DNA of 63,681 nt from Perkinsus olseni. Its lineage: Eukaryota. The notes below the pieces were generated by a model, which did no database searches, was not told the DNA's origin, and saw only the letters and a list, made by a program, of their open reading frames with translations. Position numbers and translations under genes: made by a program. Numbering within the stretch: the stretch's first letter is position 1; every line of letters begins with the position of its first letter. Below are positions 36,715-49,061 of the stretch, piece by piece. The DNA lies in the NCBI GenBank assembly GCA_013115125.1, contig JABANN010000134.1:1-63681 (forward strand), read 5' to 3'.

Positions 36715-39603
36715 CTACAGACACTGTCCTTCCGCACACTGATAACACAAGTACACAGAGATTTTGAACACTTTGGTATCCACACTCCCCATCACATCAT
36801 GCACCAGCCTCTGCCCCTACAGCATGCTCCTTTTGAGGCCCCACTGCCATTTCCAAGAAATCGTTCATCTTCCTGACCTCGAGCTCTTCGCGTGTCACAT
36901 CACCATCCTCTTCTGTCACCACGCAGAACCTAGCAATACTCCCTCGGTTCCATCACGTCCATCATCGCCACTCACTTCCGCAGGTTGGGAGACAGCTTCA
37001 GGCAGTTGACCCCGCCACGGTCATCTCCCACGAATATGATCGGCTCCGTCGTGTTAAACATGATGTGTGTTAATTTAGCTTTTCGTACTACCTGCAGCAG
37101 GCACAGCAATGGACTGACCCGTCAGCGGATTCCTCTTCCTCACCTTCTGGTAGCAGATGCGCTCGTTGCGATTCACTGAGAGGTCATAGAAATGAACTAT
37201 ACCATCTGAAGTGATGGCTGCGAAGGCTGTGGAGCTGTAGGGTGCCCAGGCCACGTCTCCGACTGCTTGGCCGAGGTCGAAGGACATCAGGCACGACCTG
37301 TGATAGACGCCAGTCGGCCTAGGTCCTCGCAGCCTCCCCCCTACTCCTGGGTGTGGTCCCACAGCTTCACAGTCCAGTCAGCGCTCGCTGATATAAACAT
37401 CCGAGGATGGTAGTTATTCCATCGTACGGTATATACAGCCATAGTGTGGCCCTCATAGGTTGCGAGGTACCTGAGAACTGCTTTCGCCCGAAGCCCTGGT
37501 CTGAAGGAGTAGGTACTGGCCAGAGAAGTCCTTGCTGCACTTGTGGATCTTCCCCTCCTCGGTGCCGACCAAGAAGAGATGATCTATGGTCAAGTGGAAG
37601 TCGAAGCAAAGGCCGCCAGCCAGCCCTGATACAGTACAAGCTCCGAGTCGGATTGTGTCACGGTAGCCCACCTGCTAGCCCTGTGTCATCCTCTGGAGCC
37701 GGGGCAGGACGCTGACCTGATACGATTGGCACATCACCAATCACAAGGTCGTCAAGTGACTTACCGTCGTTTTTCCCCGCCTCAGGCGAGGGCGCAGCAA
37801 TCTTTAGTTGCATCAGCTGTTCGGACCTGGGGCGAGAATACAACCATTGATCAGGGCAAATTGTTCTACTCGAGTTTGTCTTTCATCAACCTCCAGATAC
37901 TCACTCGCCCATCGGCAGAGATTGAGAAGAAGTTCAATACCTGAAGCGAAGCTTGAGAAGGGCTATCACTCGAGGGCCCAACTACCCCGGCGGAATCTTC
38001 AGTGTTCCAATGGACTTCCCAGACAGGGTCGGTGTGCTTGTTGGTCCTGATGGTACTCTGATACAGTGGCTTCCTTCCCTTCGACCGCACGTCGTGGACT
38101 AGTACCGTACCGTCATAAAGTCCAATTGCCAACCTGAGGGCCAGTGACGCTAGTGGCATTCCGGGAATAGGTGAAGAGCTGGTCAGTCGTAGTACATAGC
38201 AGGATGAGAGGGGTGCCAGTCGAGACAGCAGACTCCCGAGTCGGTGTTGAAGACGTATTCAGGGAAGCGGGTATTCTTGATAGAGTAGCAGCAGATAACT
38301 CCCGTCCCTTGTTTGAGGAAATCATAAGACCCGAAGCCCACTGCAAAGAGGTCAGAGTACCTATCAACCACCGCGAGTAATGCGTCCTTATCAGAAAGGC
38401 TTGCTGCTCCTACCTCGGGTTACACCTGATACAAGTAACCTGCTTCCGCTTGGCCTTCTCGCTAGCAAACCGCCACAGCGGCAGCAGAGTGCCGTCGCCC
38501 TCACGGTAGTCATCAGAACGGTCTTCCCAGTATCTGCGAGAGGTTGTTAGGAGACCGGGATCGCGGCTAGAGGAGCTCATCACTTGAGGTCGCTGTAGAT
38601 GTCCCCCTCGGCGTTGTGGTTCACCATACGCTCCATTATCTTGATGACGAGCCGCATGGGGTCACCGTAAAGGGGGTCTGCTTCCCCTCCGGGCTTCTTA
38701 CTGCCTATCATATCCTCATTGGTAAGCTTACGAGTACCTTAAATTGCCCAACTCTTGAGGAAGAGAGGGCCCAGCCATCGGGCCTACCCTCAGCCTTGTC
38801 CTTAGTAGCCTCTATGTCCTTCATGTAGTGGTCGTAGATGGACCACTGCGTGACCGTCTCATTGTGTGTCGTGGTGGAGGGTGGCTCTGAGCAGCGAGCG
38901 TGGGCTAGGAGCTGTGTGGGGCCCAGTAGTACCAGTGCTGATGCCCCGATCTCTGATGATGCCGTTCTTGGTCTGGGAGCCTCTGTCGGCGAAGTGGAAC
39001 TGATTCCTCAGTGTATTGACAGCTGGGTCCGGATCTCCCTCAATATGCCTAAGACGCAGCTATCCGCAACCCTCCCTAGTGAGCCGCCATGTTGTACGCA
39101 CTCGACAGAGACGTCCACAGCCTCTGTGCTGTTCCTGATCTCCTGCTCTCTCGCCTTCCGCTCTCGAGTGTCATCCTCCTCCTGGGCCTCAGGAGAGTCC
39201 GACAACATGAGGACCTGTTGGGCATTAGACGGTATGGGACCGGCGAGGAGAGTGCTACTACCCCGTCCACGGCAAGATGCCAGGCCGTATGGTCGACTTG
39301 ATTGTCGGGCTTATACGCCCTGTCCTTGAAGGAGAACTGTGTAATATTGTCAGGAGCATGGGGGTCGTGTGGGTGGAGGACGCGTGGGGGGACCTGCTGG
39401 GTGGTGGGGATAGTTGGAGATGGGCCGGTAGCTTTGATCCGACCTCTTTCTCCAGCTCCTCAGGTGTGAGGTCCAACTGGTCCTCTGGGGATGCCTAGGA
39501 ATGAGGCTACTTGAGAACGGCCGAATACGTCAAAGACGGTGCAGTGGTTAACTACCTTGACAACTAGGGCCATGTCCGGGTCGAACTCAAAGGCGTCATT
39601 CAT
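36715..39603 (-). CDS. DNAI1: Axonemal outer-arm dynein intermediate chain (IC1/IC78 type, WD40)
   Basis: [106 protein letters not shown]. Confidence 0.9.
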
Positions 39604-39791
39604 GCTGGGGAAGAGGGTGGGTTAACCGAGACTGTTGAGGACGTTGCGCTTCGCTCTCGTACGTCCTAGGAGATGCCTACAGGGACTAGTCACCACGAAG
39701 GACGCGACGGCCCTCTTGTGTCGGCCGAGGGCAATCCCATACCACCAGCATTGACTAACACCAGTATCAGCGCTAAGCTGTTAAATTAATA

Positions 39792-40562
39792 TCAACATCT
39801 CATGCGAGATCTCCTCACAGTCTCCTGCCCCTCCTCTGTGAGGGTCATTGCTTCAGTGAGGACTCTCAAAGTTATGGACACTCGGGTATCAACAGCACCA
39901 CCCAGGCAGGCACTCTCCTTCCTGATACCATGCAGCCAGTCCGTCTGAGCTGGCCCCGAGATCAGACAGGCACTCCGCCTAGGTAAGCGTACGTCGCAGT
40001 AGACACCCTCCTTGGGGTTGGCAAAGGTCATCACACAGTCTGAAGCAAGGGAGAGATCCAGGATACCGTCACCCCAGACCCAGCTGTGGTCCTGATGCAG
40101 GTCAATGTTGCTGCCCCGGTGAGCGGTGTACTCCAGTACCACCATCTCGTGCCAGGGGTGGTCCAGGGGCAGGCTCAGTGCGCAGTGGACGCGCGGCAGG
40201 ACCGCGTCGATGGTGCGTGGAAGGCCTCGGAAGGCGTCCGGACACTTCAACTTCCTCTTCTTGAAGTTTACTTGTGGGCCATAGTCCTGTTTCCGACGCC
40301 CCGACTGTGAGGGCTTCCATGGTCGAGCATAGATATCCCGAAGGAGGTCGGCCTCATCGGCTTCCGTGATAGCATCCTGTACCACCAAGAGGCCCGACGG
40401 GGGGCTGTCGGACTTGGCGGTCTCGAGCACCCCATCGGGCAAGAAGCGATGGCGAAGGTGATGAGCGTTGGGCTTGAGGGTGCGGGTCGCGGCTTCTCCG
40501 CACAAGCTGCAACTCCGTACGCCGGTACAGGCGCACGGAGGCGCCAGGTCGGACGGGGGCAT
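39792..40562 (-). CDS. ALKBH4: AlkB-family 2OG/Fe(II) dioxygenase, ALKBH4-like; intronless
   Basis: N-terminal CACTGVRSCSLC, SQSGRRKQDYGPQVNFKKRK, HxD (HQD), distal His (WLHGI) and RVSITLR. Confidence 0.88.
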   Translation of the reverse strand: MPPSDLAPPCACTGVRSCSLCGEAATRTLKPNAHHLRHRFLPDGVLETAKSDSPPSGLLVVQDAITEADEADLLRDIYARPWKPSQSGRRKQDYGPQVNFKKRKLKCPDAFRGLPRTIDAVLPRVHCALSLPLDHPWHEMVVLEYTAHRGSNIDLHQDHSWVWGDGILDLSLASDCVMTFANPKEGVYCDVRLPRRSACLISGPAQTDWLHGIRKESACLGGAVDTRVSITLRVLTEAMTLTEEGQETVRRSRMRC

Positions 40563-40610
40563 GGACTGGTGAAAGGGCCTACTACTGAACTGACGATGAC
40601 TGACTAGCGT

Positions 40611-42461
40611 TTATTGATTGTAACACGAGAGCGATGGGCGGGTCACTGCACAGCGAGGCAATAGCCAACATGACGACGATGATGATGAACTGATTACAGA
40701 AGTGAACTCAGAACCTCCTCTCGGCGTACGAGGAGGAGGAGGAGGAGGAGGAGGACGAAGCAGCGGCTCCCTACCACCATGACAGGGTTCAGCAGTGGAA
40801 CGGAGGGTGAGCACTGCCCTACCTGTTGGACGGTTGTGGTAATCGCCGAAAGCGGCTGGACCAGGTTGTAGCGTCTCCCAGGTGAGGGTATATTGACCTT
40901 CCTCACGCCGTGCCGAGCGGCATCGTACCTGACACCGATGCTGGTTGGCTCCTCGACCCCAAGTAGGACTACCTGCTCCACCTGCGGACTTGGAGGGAGT
41001 CCTTGGTGCAGACGAAGGAGCCAATGACTGCCGCTACCAGCAGCAGGGTCACAACAGTGACGGCTATGAAGGACCCTGCACAGGGCGAGATGACCCACAG
41101 TCAGCACAGATGCCTGACAACTTACTCATGGCCACCTCTCCACTTGGGAGATGATTGGGTCCCACCTCTCCCTCCACTGGACCGGCCACCGCCTCCTCAG
41201 CCTTCAGATCACCTCCATGCATGTTTTCATCTTGGGAATGGTGCAGGGGCTCGCTGAGCGTTGTAGTAGTATCATTACTCTTCACTGAGGGTCCGTCAAC
41301 GACACTTGGAGTAGTTACTGAGTCCTCCTTTGGAGACTCGCCACCACCAGGTGTCGCCTCCGAGGGCCCTTCGTACGCCGTAGTCGGTCGCAGCCTTCTC
41401 TGCGGCAACGGTAGCCGCGTCATGCCAACAGCTGTGTCCACATGAGCCTCTCTGCTGGGCTCATCCACCCCAATATCACCTCGATTATCTGTGTTTCCAG
41501 CCATCACAGAATCCCCAGTTGACTGGCTATCGTTGGAGACCACTGCCGGCTGTACTAGCCCAGATACCACTCCTTGCCCAACAAGTCCAGTACTCTTTGT
41601 CTTGGACTTATTCACGCCGGGAGGTTCCCCTCCATCCGCGGTAAGATGTAGATGTTTCCCAACGTCCCCTGTCTGTGTACTATCAGAGCTCATGGCTCCC
41701 ACCGACCTCATGGCCTCCCTCTCCTGGCTCGTGTGAAGCCTACCAGAGTCCACGCCAACTTGCCCAGCGGCAGCGGGGCTTAATGACTCAGTTGGCTCCT
41801 GTCTATCCGAGTCCTCAGAGGAGGTTCGACCGGGACCAGCAGCAGGGCGATGATGAGGGAAAACCCTCCCAGTCGAGGCCCCCTTGCCGCCTCCCTCCGC
41901 CTTCTTCCTATGCTGTCTGTCATCCCCTTCCCGCACCCCCTTCGTGTCCCCTTCCAGACTGCCGTGTGGCACCCCAATCGGTATCGGCGGTCCCATGCCC
42001 ATCTCCGGGATACCCGACTTCCCCTCACCTCCCTCCGTTGCACTTACTACCACCGAGCTGTCGTTGCCAAACGACGACGACCGCTCTCGGGTGGTGGGGG
42101 AGCCTATCCCGGCCAGTGTAGTTCCATCGGGAACAACATCACCACTCGGGGAGGCTCGAGGGTCGCTTCCGGTGCTGCCAAGTGGCTGCCGTCGTTGGCC
42201 CTCCGGGGGACCGCCTCGGGGCTCGGTGAGAACGTGGATATCAGCGATCTCGCCATGGCTGCTGCGACCTGACAAAGCACTTGGTGATTGAGAAACCGGG
42301 GAGTGTTCGGGGATGAGAGCGTATCTTAGGTTGACGCCAGTGCAAGACAGGAATATCCTCGGCTCGAGCTCACCTTTGGCCGTCAGGGTCGGGGTAGCGA
42401 TTAAGATCGCAGGTAGGACTAGGTGGAAGCAGATGGATGGGAAAGAAGAGAGGATATGCAT
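40611..42461 (-). CDS. Putative type-I membrane protein with a long low-complexity ectodomain
   Basis: Signal-like MHILSSFPSICFHLVLPAILIA, then a large G/S/T/P/E-rich exon. After a GT-AG intron comes a TM helix SFIAVTVVTLLLVAAVIGSFVC and a short tail. Confidence 0.6.
40731..40755 (+). repeat. (AGG)n microsatellite, about 8 units
   Basis: aggaggagga run; encodes poly-Pro on the minus strand. Confidence 0.9.
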
Positions 42462-42660
42462 ACACCCTTGCGGGTTGGCTGAAGGGAAATCATCAAACCG
42501 ATCGTTCTCGACTTTTACGGCAACGAAAAATTTGGAAACAAATCTTGCGCTCTTAGCGGAGCGATGCAAGACCATCATCTCCGATCGGCCAAATGACTTC
42601 TTCCAGGTGATGAGACGACTATGACAGTGTTTGCAGTTCCTTGTTTGGTACCGGGTGCCC

Positions 42661-43882
42661 ATGTCCTCCCTAGGAGACAGAGTGAGGAAAGGCCCGCTGA
42701 TTTTGAAAGGGGAGAAGCCGAAGAAAAAGAAGAAGTCGAAGCATCATCACCACCACACAGAGGATGATGGTACTACTCCTTATACGGGTATCTTAGGTCG
42801 AAGCTGGACGAAAACAGATAGTGAGAGCCATGGCCCACTTTAATCCTGTATAGTAGTAGAGAGTCCCATCGCACAAACCTCAGTGGGCCCTCGCCTTTTG
42901 GGAAGTGTATCTCTCCCCAGGTTTGATAATCTCCGATGGTAATGTGGAGGAGCAGGAGCCAGTAGAAGTGCCTGTACGGAAGTGTACTGGGAGGATAGTA
43001 TGCACCAACAGCACGATACAGGTGGGGATGGTAGGCAACGATCTGTTCGAAGGTCCACCCGACCTCTTCAGGGTATGAACACCAAGTTCATGGACGAGAT
43101 CGAGCAAGGTGATACCATCTCAGTACACCATCCTCAGAGTCTCCAAGTAAGGTGATAAGGCTCCGCTCCTCCGTGGGAAGGGCGTTGATGTCAGATTGAG
43201 GAGAGGCAGGTGGTCAGTGTGCTGTCATCACGATCTCTGGTGGTCTCCGATCCCTTCAGTCAGGACTTTGTCACCACCACTGAGGTAGGCCTTAGCTGCT
43301 TCGTGTGAGGGGGTTTATGCATCATTCAGTTCCACGTCCGGAAAGATGGTGAGGTTCTACGGCGGAAAGTGGAGGCCAAGATGAAGCTGAAGAAGGAGGA
43401 GATTGACGAGGATGGGAATACCGAGGGGCAGGGTAGTAGTAGGGGGACGGAGGCTTACCGGACCGCCGGGCTTATGTTATTTCGTATAAATCATTGGAAA
43501 AATTTTAGCCAACAGACACGACGCCGTCTGCTGTCGAGTAGTTGAGCCTACCACCCTTTTTCGCTATCGGACCGTTTTGGCATAAAAAATCGGGAAGCAT
43601 GGTTGAACCTCTAGGGAGTTGCTGAATGGCTGTCAGGCTCAGTGGAGGATCTTATCGACAAAGAACTGCAAAAGAAGTTCAAGAAAAAGCAACAGAATCT
43701 ATTCACGTGAGTCTGCCTAACACATCCGGCCGTAACACAGGTAACGGTCTTCTGAAGATAGGTACGTCGAACGACACGGTGCCTTTGGATACAAGGCCCA
43801 CTCGGAAAAAGTTGGTAAGGACGTCACCAAGGAGGATATGCTCGATATGCGGGTTAAGAAGGTCCACGATAAATACTGCTGA
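42661..43882 (+). CDS. Protein with FRG1-like N- and C-termini
   Basis: N-terminus RKGPLILKGEKPKKKKKSK and C-terminus EDMLDMRVKKVHDKYC* resemble FRG1 (KLVLKG..KKKK; LLDRRAKLKADRYCK). Multi-exon. Confidence 0.55.
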
Positions 43883-43992
43883 ATCCTCTGTACACTGCCT
43901 CACTGTATGATTTCCGTACCTACACTCTGCCTTGCGTCACTAGTAGCGCGCCTAAGCAGACCACTTAGTGAAGTTTGGTGGTCCTGTCGGAT

Positions 43993-44949
43993 ATGTCAGA
44001 CGAGGACTCTTCCTTTGGCGAGCTTGTCCTCCTCATCGGGGATATGTACATACCCGAGCGGGCTAGGGAGCTGCCTCTATGTTTTAGGGAACTACTGGTA
44101 GTACACGGGGCACGTCTCCCATCCACTGGAATCGCTCGATAATCTCAGAACACGGACAAAATCGGAACGGTACTTTGTACTGGTAACATAGGGTCCAGCA
44201 AGGAGATGCAGGAGAATGTCCGAGTCATGGGCCAGCAGTCCATCTACGTCGTGAGCCTTGCTCGGTATCCTCCTGGTACGGCCACGGACCTTGCCATCAG
44301 GTTCGCGGCGAGCTTGAGGATACTGATAGTGAAGACAAGCCACTACCAGAGTACATCACCTGCAAAGTTGGAGATTTCCGGATCGGCCTCATACACGGTC
44401 ATCAGATCACCCCGCAAGGGGACCTTGTACGCTCCTTCCCAGAGGTCTCCGTACCAACTTTTTGTGTATTCAGGAGGCATTGAGTATGTGGCAAAGGAAG
44501 CTCGACGTGGATATCCTAGTGTACGGCTCTCCCCACGTGCATGGTATAACGGAGCATCGGGTAGGCCACTGGTTACACTGATGGGAAGAGCCGTGCCTCT
44601 TCTCAGGGTAAGTTTTTCATCAACCCTGGCTCTGCCACTGGTGCCTATGATCCCAACTTGCTCGGGTGAGTCCCTTGATGGAAAGGGACCTGTTGACAGC
44701 ATCATAAGTTCAGGTCACAGGCCACTGGAGTGCGTCCGGATGGTACAACTACACCGGCGTTTATGCTCATGGCGGTGAGTTTACTGACACCTCTAGCTAT
44801 GATTTCTATGATGATAACTACAACAGGTACAAGGGTCCAATGCTGTGGTGTATGTTTACCAGGAGATCGATGGGAAGGCTGACGTTGGTATGTCCGAGTT
44901 CAAGAAGTGCTCTGATAGAGAGGAGGATGATACCTCCAATAAGGAGTAG
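43993..44949 (+). CDS. VPS29: Retromer subunit VPS29
   Basis: [63 protein letters not shown]. Confidence 0.93.
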
Positions 44950-45073
44950 TGAACCATTGTCTCTGCTGGTGGCCCGCCCTTGCGTTGTTAAGACTTCACT
45001 GAGTTCATCCCATTGAGTAATTGCTGTTAAACACGATCCATCAACATTCGAATTGAAATTCCTGCCAAGTATT

Positions 45074-45491
45074 CATGGGGACAGGTCCGCTATTATGTAC
45101 TCATCATCACTCAGCTCTGCTAGGACGTAACCTTCCAGCGGGGGTGGGGGAAGTGATGGTACTATTGGTGCTATGGGGGCTGCATCAGGATATTCCCTGA
45201 TGAAGAAGCCGACAACACTTCAACTTACAGACGCAGCGCACTACAAGATACCCATCACTCGAAGAGGGGCGGTGGTGAGGGGGAGCAGCACCTTATGGTC
45301 GATTGGGTGGGCTCGTTGGCAGCGGCAGGCGTGTTCTCGTCCATAAGGGAATCATCTACCTCCCATCCACCTTCATCAACTGTCTCTGTAAATACCGTCT
45401 TCAAAGGCTCTGACCGACGGTGCCGTTTTACCATTGGATTGAAGGGAGCCGTGAGAACCCTCAGGTGGGATAACAACACTGAGCTCGACAT
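45074..45491 (-). CDS. Small hypothetical protein (acidic, Pro-rich)
   Basis: ORF 45255..45491 plus a probable second exon (PIAPIVPSLPPPPLEGYVLAELSDDEY). No family recognised. Confidence 0.35.
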
Positions 45492-45542
45492 AGTAGTGAT
45501 AATGAGACATATTTTACACGCTTAGCGGTGAAGTAGAAAACA

Positions 45543-47391
45543 CTAATCATCCTTCTGCCCGCATATCCACTTGAGGAACTTCGGCGTCTTCAAAACCTGC
45601 AGGCCGTGAGAAGTGGGCATCCTCGGGTAGACGTCCGTAAAAAAGTAGTAGATGTGGCCGGCTAGGATGCCCTGTAGGTGGTCAGCTAGCTGCCCTCCCA
45701 TGATCTAAAACCGAGTCTTGAAACGTATCTTAGGTTGAAGCGTGGCCTACCAGAGAAATCCCGGCGAGTATCCAAGGTAGATAAGGGGCCTTCACGGTGA
45801 AGGCGATGACGTGTACCCGTGCACCCGGATTCCGCCGGGCCCAGACGTACCTGCGGCGGGCGACTAGACGGAAGATGGTTGGGAGCGTCTCTCACGTCAT
45901 GACGTCGATGATGGCTCCAGAGTAGAAGTTGGAGAAGTGTCCAGTAAGGAAGGATAAGCCCAGGAGCATGAACATCGAGACGAGAAGCATGTACACGAAA
46001 TCCCCAGATCTGAAGAGGAGGGCTCGGGAGGGCGGGAGAATGGGAGAAACTACCTTTGCCGGAAGACAACTTCTTCCAGTTGTGAACAGTAGAAGTACAT
46101 GACATAAACGTTCCACATGAAGCCGACTCCTAGGTCACCATAGAAGAGGAAGCATGTGAACAATCGCCACCATTGGCCGTGCTCCCATACCATCTCCCTG
46201 ACAAGTATTGGGTGATACGAACGAGTCATCCGGAGTCTCGCATCATAGCGATCGTAGAGTTCGGGTTCTCCTCGACAGCTTCGAGTTCCACTACAACTAT
46301 GCTGCCATTTGCGCAAGTTCAACCCAGTTGCACAGTGAAGAGAAAGTGTAACGGAGAAACACTGGCTGAAGCGCAGGTGATAGCCCATTGCCTAGAAGGA
46401 AATTCCTCTTCTCAATTCGCCAGACCAAATCTCAACAAACCAAATCTCAACAACTTTCACGAGGGGCTCTACACCTTTTCCCGAGCAAATAAAATATTTT
46501 TCCATGAGATTTAAAAGAGTATGGGAAACCGAATTTTGTTTTAAAATACTTCACATCCACTTTAAATACTTTAGCAAATTTAAAAGACTCATGTCACGCA
46601 AATCAAATCCCACTCACCATCCAACTTGAAATATTCTACAGTAGTTGTCAAATTGAAGGGAGCGCGCGAAGCTGCGCGCATCCTCGTTGTTCATTGCGTG
46701 CCTCGTCGTGAAATTTTCATACCGTAGCTTTTGCCTCAATATGATCAACGCCAGTGGCGTCGGCATTGAAGGCCGGGCCTTCTAAGGCACAACATTCGCT
46801 GAGGTTAACATGCGATATGATATATAATGTAATTCATGGAGTAGTTCCGGCATCTCGCACGTGGCAGCGCTCCTCCAATTCGAATCATTGACGTATGGTT
46901 CCGGTTGACGAGAAGCGACAGCTGTAGAGCTCCCCCGTGTTTCATCAGCTCAGAGTATGTGTTCAAGTTGCGGGAAGGAGGTCGCAGTAGCAAAATGATT
47001 TAGATATCGAAATTGGATCAAAATCGATTTAAATAGAGTGGCACGTGTTAAATCTAATTTGCTCATAAATTCAATTTGGGTGACAAAACGAATTTGGTTT
47101 GACAATTCTTTAATTCCCATGACACTCGCTAAATTGCTATCAAAACCGTTTAAATCACACGAAAAAATATTTTATTTGGTCGGGAAAAGGTGTAGAAAGA
47201 GGGAAGCTCAGCAGGAGAATACTACCAGTTGAAGTAGAGGGAGAATGGTGATATGAACTCGAGGGTGCATGCCGCCATGAGGCCGAAGGATATGCATAGC
47301 ATGCCCTGATTAGAAGGCGATGCAACGACCAGCACGGGACTCAGCTCCCTACCTTGGTCACCGGGGGTATGTTACCGATCAGGTTATCCAT
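45543..47391 (-). CDS. Derlin (DER1 family) ERAD membrane protein
   Basis: MDNLIGNIPPVTK|GMLCISFG..ISPFSLYFNW|..GQWWRLFTCFLFYG..LEE..YVWARRNP..APYLPW..GILAGHIYYFFTDVYP. Intron 2 is about 1 kb. Confidence 0.9.
46472..47192. mobile_element. MITE / non-autonomous DNA transposon with ~43-bp TIRs and a TA target duplication
   Basis: Left TA|CACCTTTTCCCGAGCAAATAAAATATTTTTCCATGAGATTTAAA; the right end is its imperfect reverse complement TTTAAATCACACGAAAAAATATTTTATTTGGTCGGGAAAAGGTG|TA. AT-rich, no long ORF. Confidence 0.85.
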
Positions 47392-47540
47392 TTCCGTGGT
47401 AAAAACTGATGACGAGAAGAGGCGGTGGCCCAAGTCCGATTGAACTTAACGCAAAAGTGGGTATGTCCGAGGAATGAGGTGATGCTGCTATACACATAAG
47501 TGCGGTAGTAAACGTTGCTTGCCCTTGTCGGGGCTCCTCC

Positions 47541-48625
47541 TTACATGAAGTCATCCTCGATCTCACGACAGGACTCGATAGTCCCGTCACCACCAAGCTC
47601 CGCGTTGGTGGTTTTCAACTCATCGCATTCCTGAAGCAGAGGAAGCAACAGTGAGGACGGACAGTCGGGGGCCAGCTCCGTCGTTTCAGCAAAAGAAGGT
47701 CTCGCGGGAAGGCCTCGACCAGCGTCTTAGTTAATTGCTAACGAGCTTATCAGCGATTCCGGAGGCCTTTGTTCGTCAGAGAATGTGCACAGCGATTAAA
47801 CGGTCCCTCATTACATCAAATGCCTTATAGCTGCGTAACTCCTTCTCCTTGATAGCTGCCTCCTTCTCAGCCTTCTCACGGATGGCTCTCTCCTTAGCAG
47901 CCTACAACATGTTACAATTCCTACTACCACATCTCCCCTAACTCTACCCTCAGGGTACCCCAGCCGAGCCTCTCTGAACACTACCTTCTTGCGCGCTAAT
48001 CGTTCCTTACGATCCCGCTCCTCCTTCTCAGCGTAGAGATCGACTTCAACCTCTCTCTTGGTCTTCTCAATCCTCTTAACAATATCTCTATCCCGGTGGA
48101 GGTTACGGACGAATCTGATAACGATGTAAGATACGCGGCAACCTCCGAACCCTCAGTAGCACTACTTGCACTTCTTGGTGTCATGGAAGCCTACTTGTCC
48201 AGTGGCCATATCCGCTCCCTTCCGGAGGTTCTTGAAACCTGTGTACCTGCACAGGCTCATTAGTCCTTCTAGCCTCACCACAGGCCTTACACAATGTCAA
48301 CCTTGGACGCTTTACTCCCCTCTATGGAGTTGTTCTTCGTCAGTTGGCACATCTCTTCGAGTACTTCTTCCGGTATGTCATCGATCTTAGGCAGCTCTAC
48401 TGGCCTCCGCAGGTAGACATGTGCCGAGGAATGGTCGTCAACCTATCACCGTAGCGCTGGCGTTGAGGACTCCCTCTAATAGAGTTGATTGGCGCGATTT
48501 ATGGTACTTACATGAAACCAGACATCCTCGGGCCAGCCGTACTTAAGGAGCTCCTCATTCTCGTATTTATCCCGGCCCATGTAGACCTTGTAACGAGGGT
48601 CACAGCAATCGTAGAAAAACACCAT
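47541..48625 (-). CDS. CCDC25: CCDC25 (NFACT-R domain protein)
   Basis: [67 protein letters not shown]; ends EDDFM*. Confidence 0.92.
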
Positions 48626-49061
48626 ATCAAGATGAGGACACAAGAGAAACAGCAACAAGGGACTAACGCAGATGTAGAGGCAACGAACCCTAGACCACGG
48701 CCATGAGGGTCATAATTACAGCGTCACGCGCCACGAAATTATTTGGCGATAAACTTCTTTTGTCTATCTGGCGAGGGTCTTGGTTGAAGTGTTCTTCACC
48801 GTTGTGCTGATGCTGGGAGGAAGAAGGCCCTGCGTTCTGTGAACTGTGCTGTATCTACATTTTCTGTGTGGTTCGAGGATACTCCCTATCCCAGCCAGTT
48901 TTGATACTTTCCCTAGAAGTCCCTGGCTTATACATGATGACGATGTCTGTGCATTGCCGTTAGTGCAGAGGGGAGGGAAGGTGGCATATCCTATTACCCT
49001 AGTCCATCATCATCGTTATCAGTTCAACACTTTTTCTATCGCGGTTTCCCTCTTGACAAAG

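Noticed and set aside
41155-42624. Several overlapping plus-strand ORFs
   Set aside because: Antisense shadows of a GC-rich, low-complexity exon.
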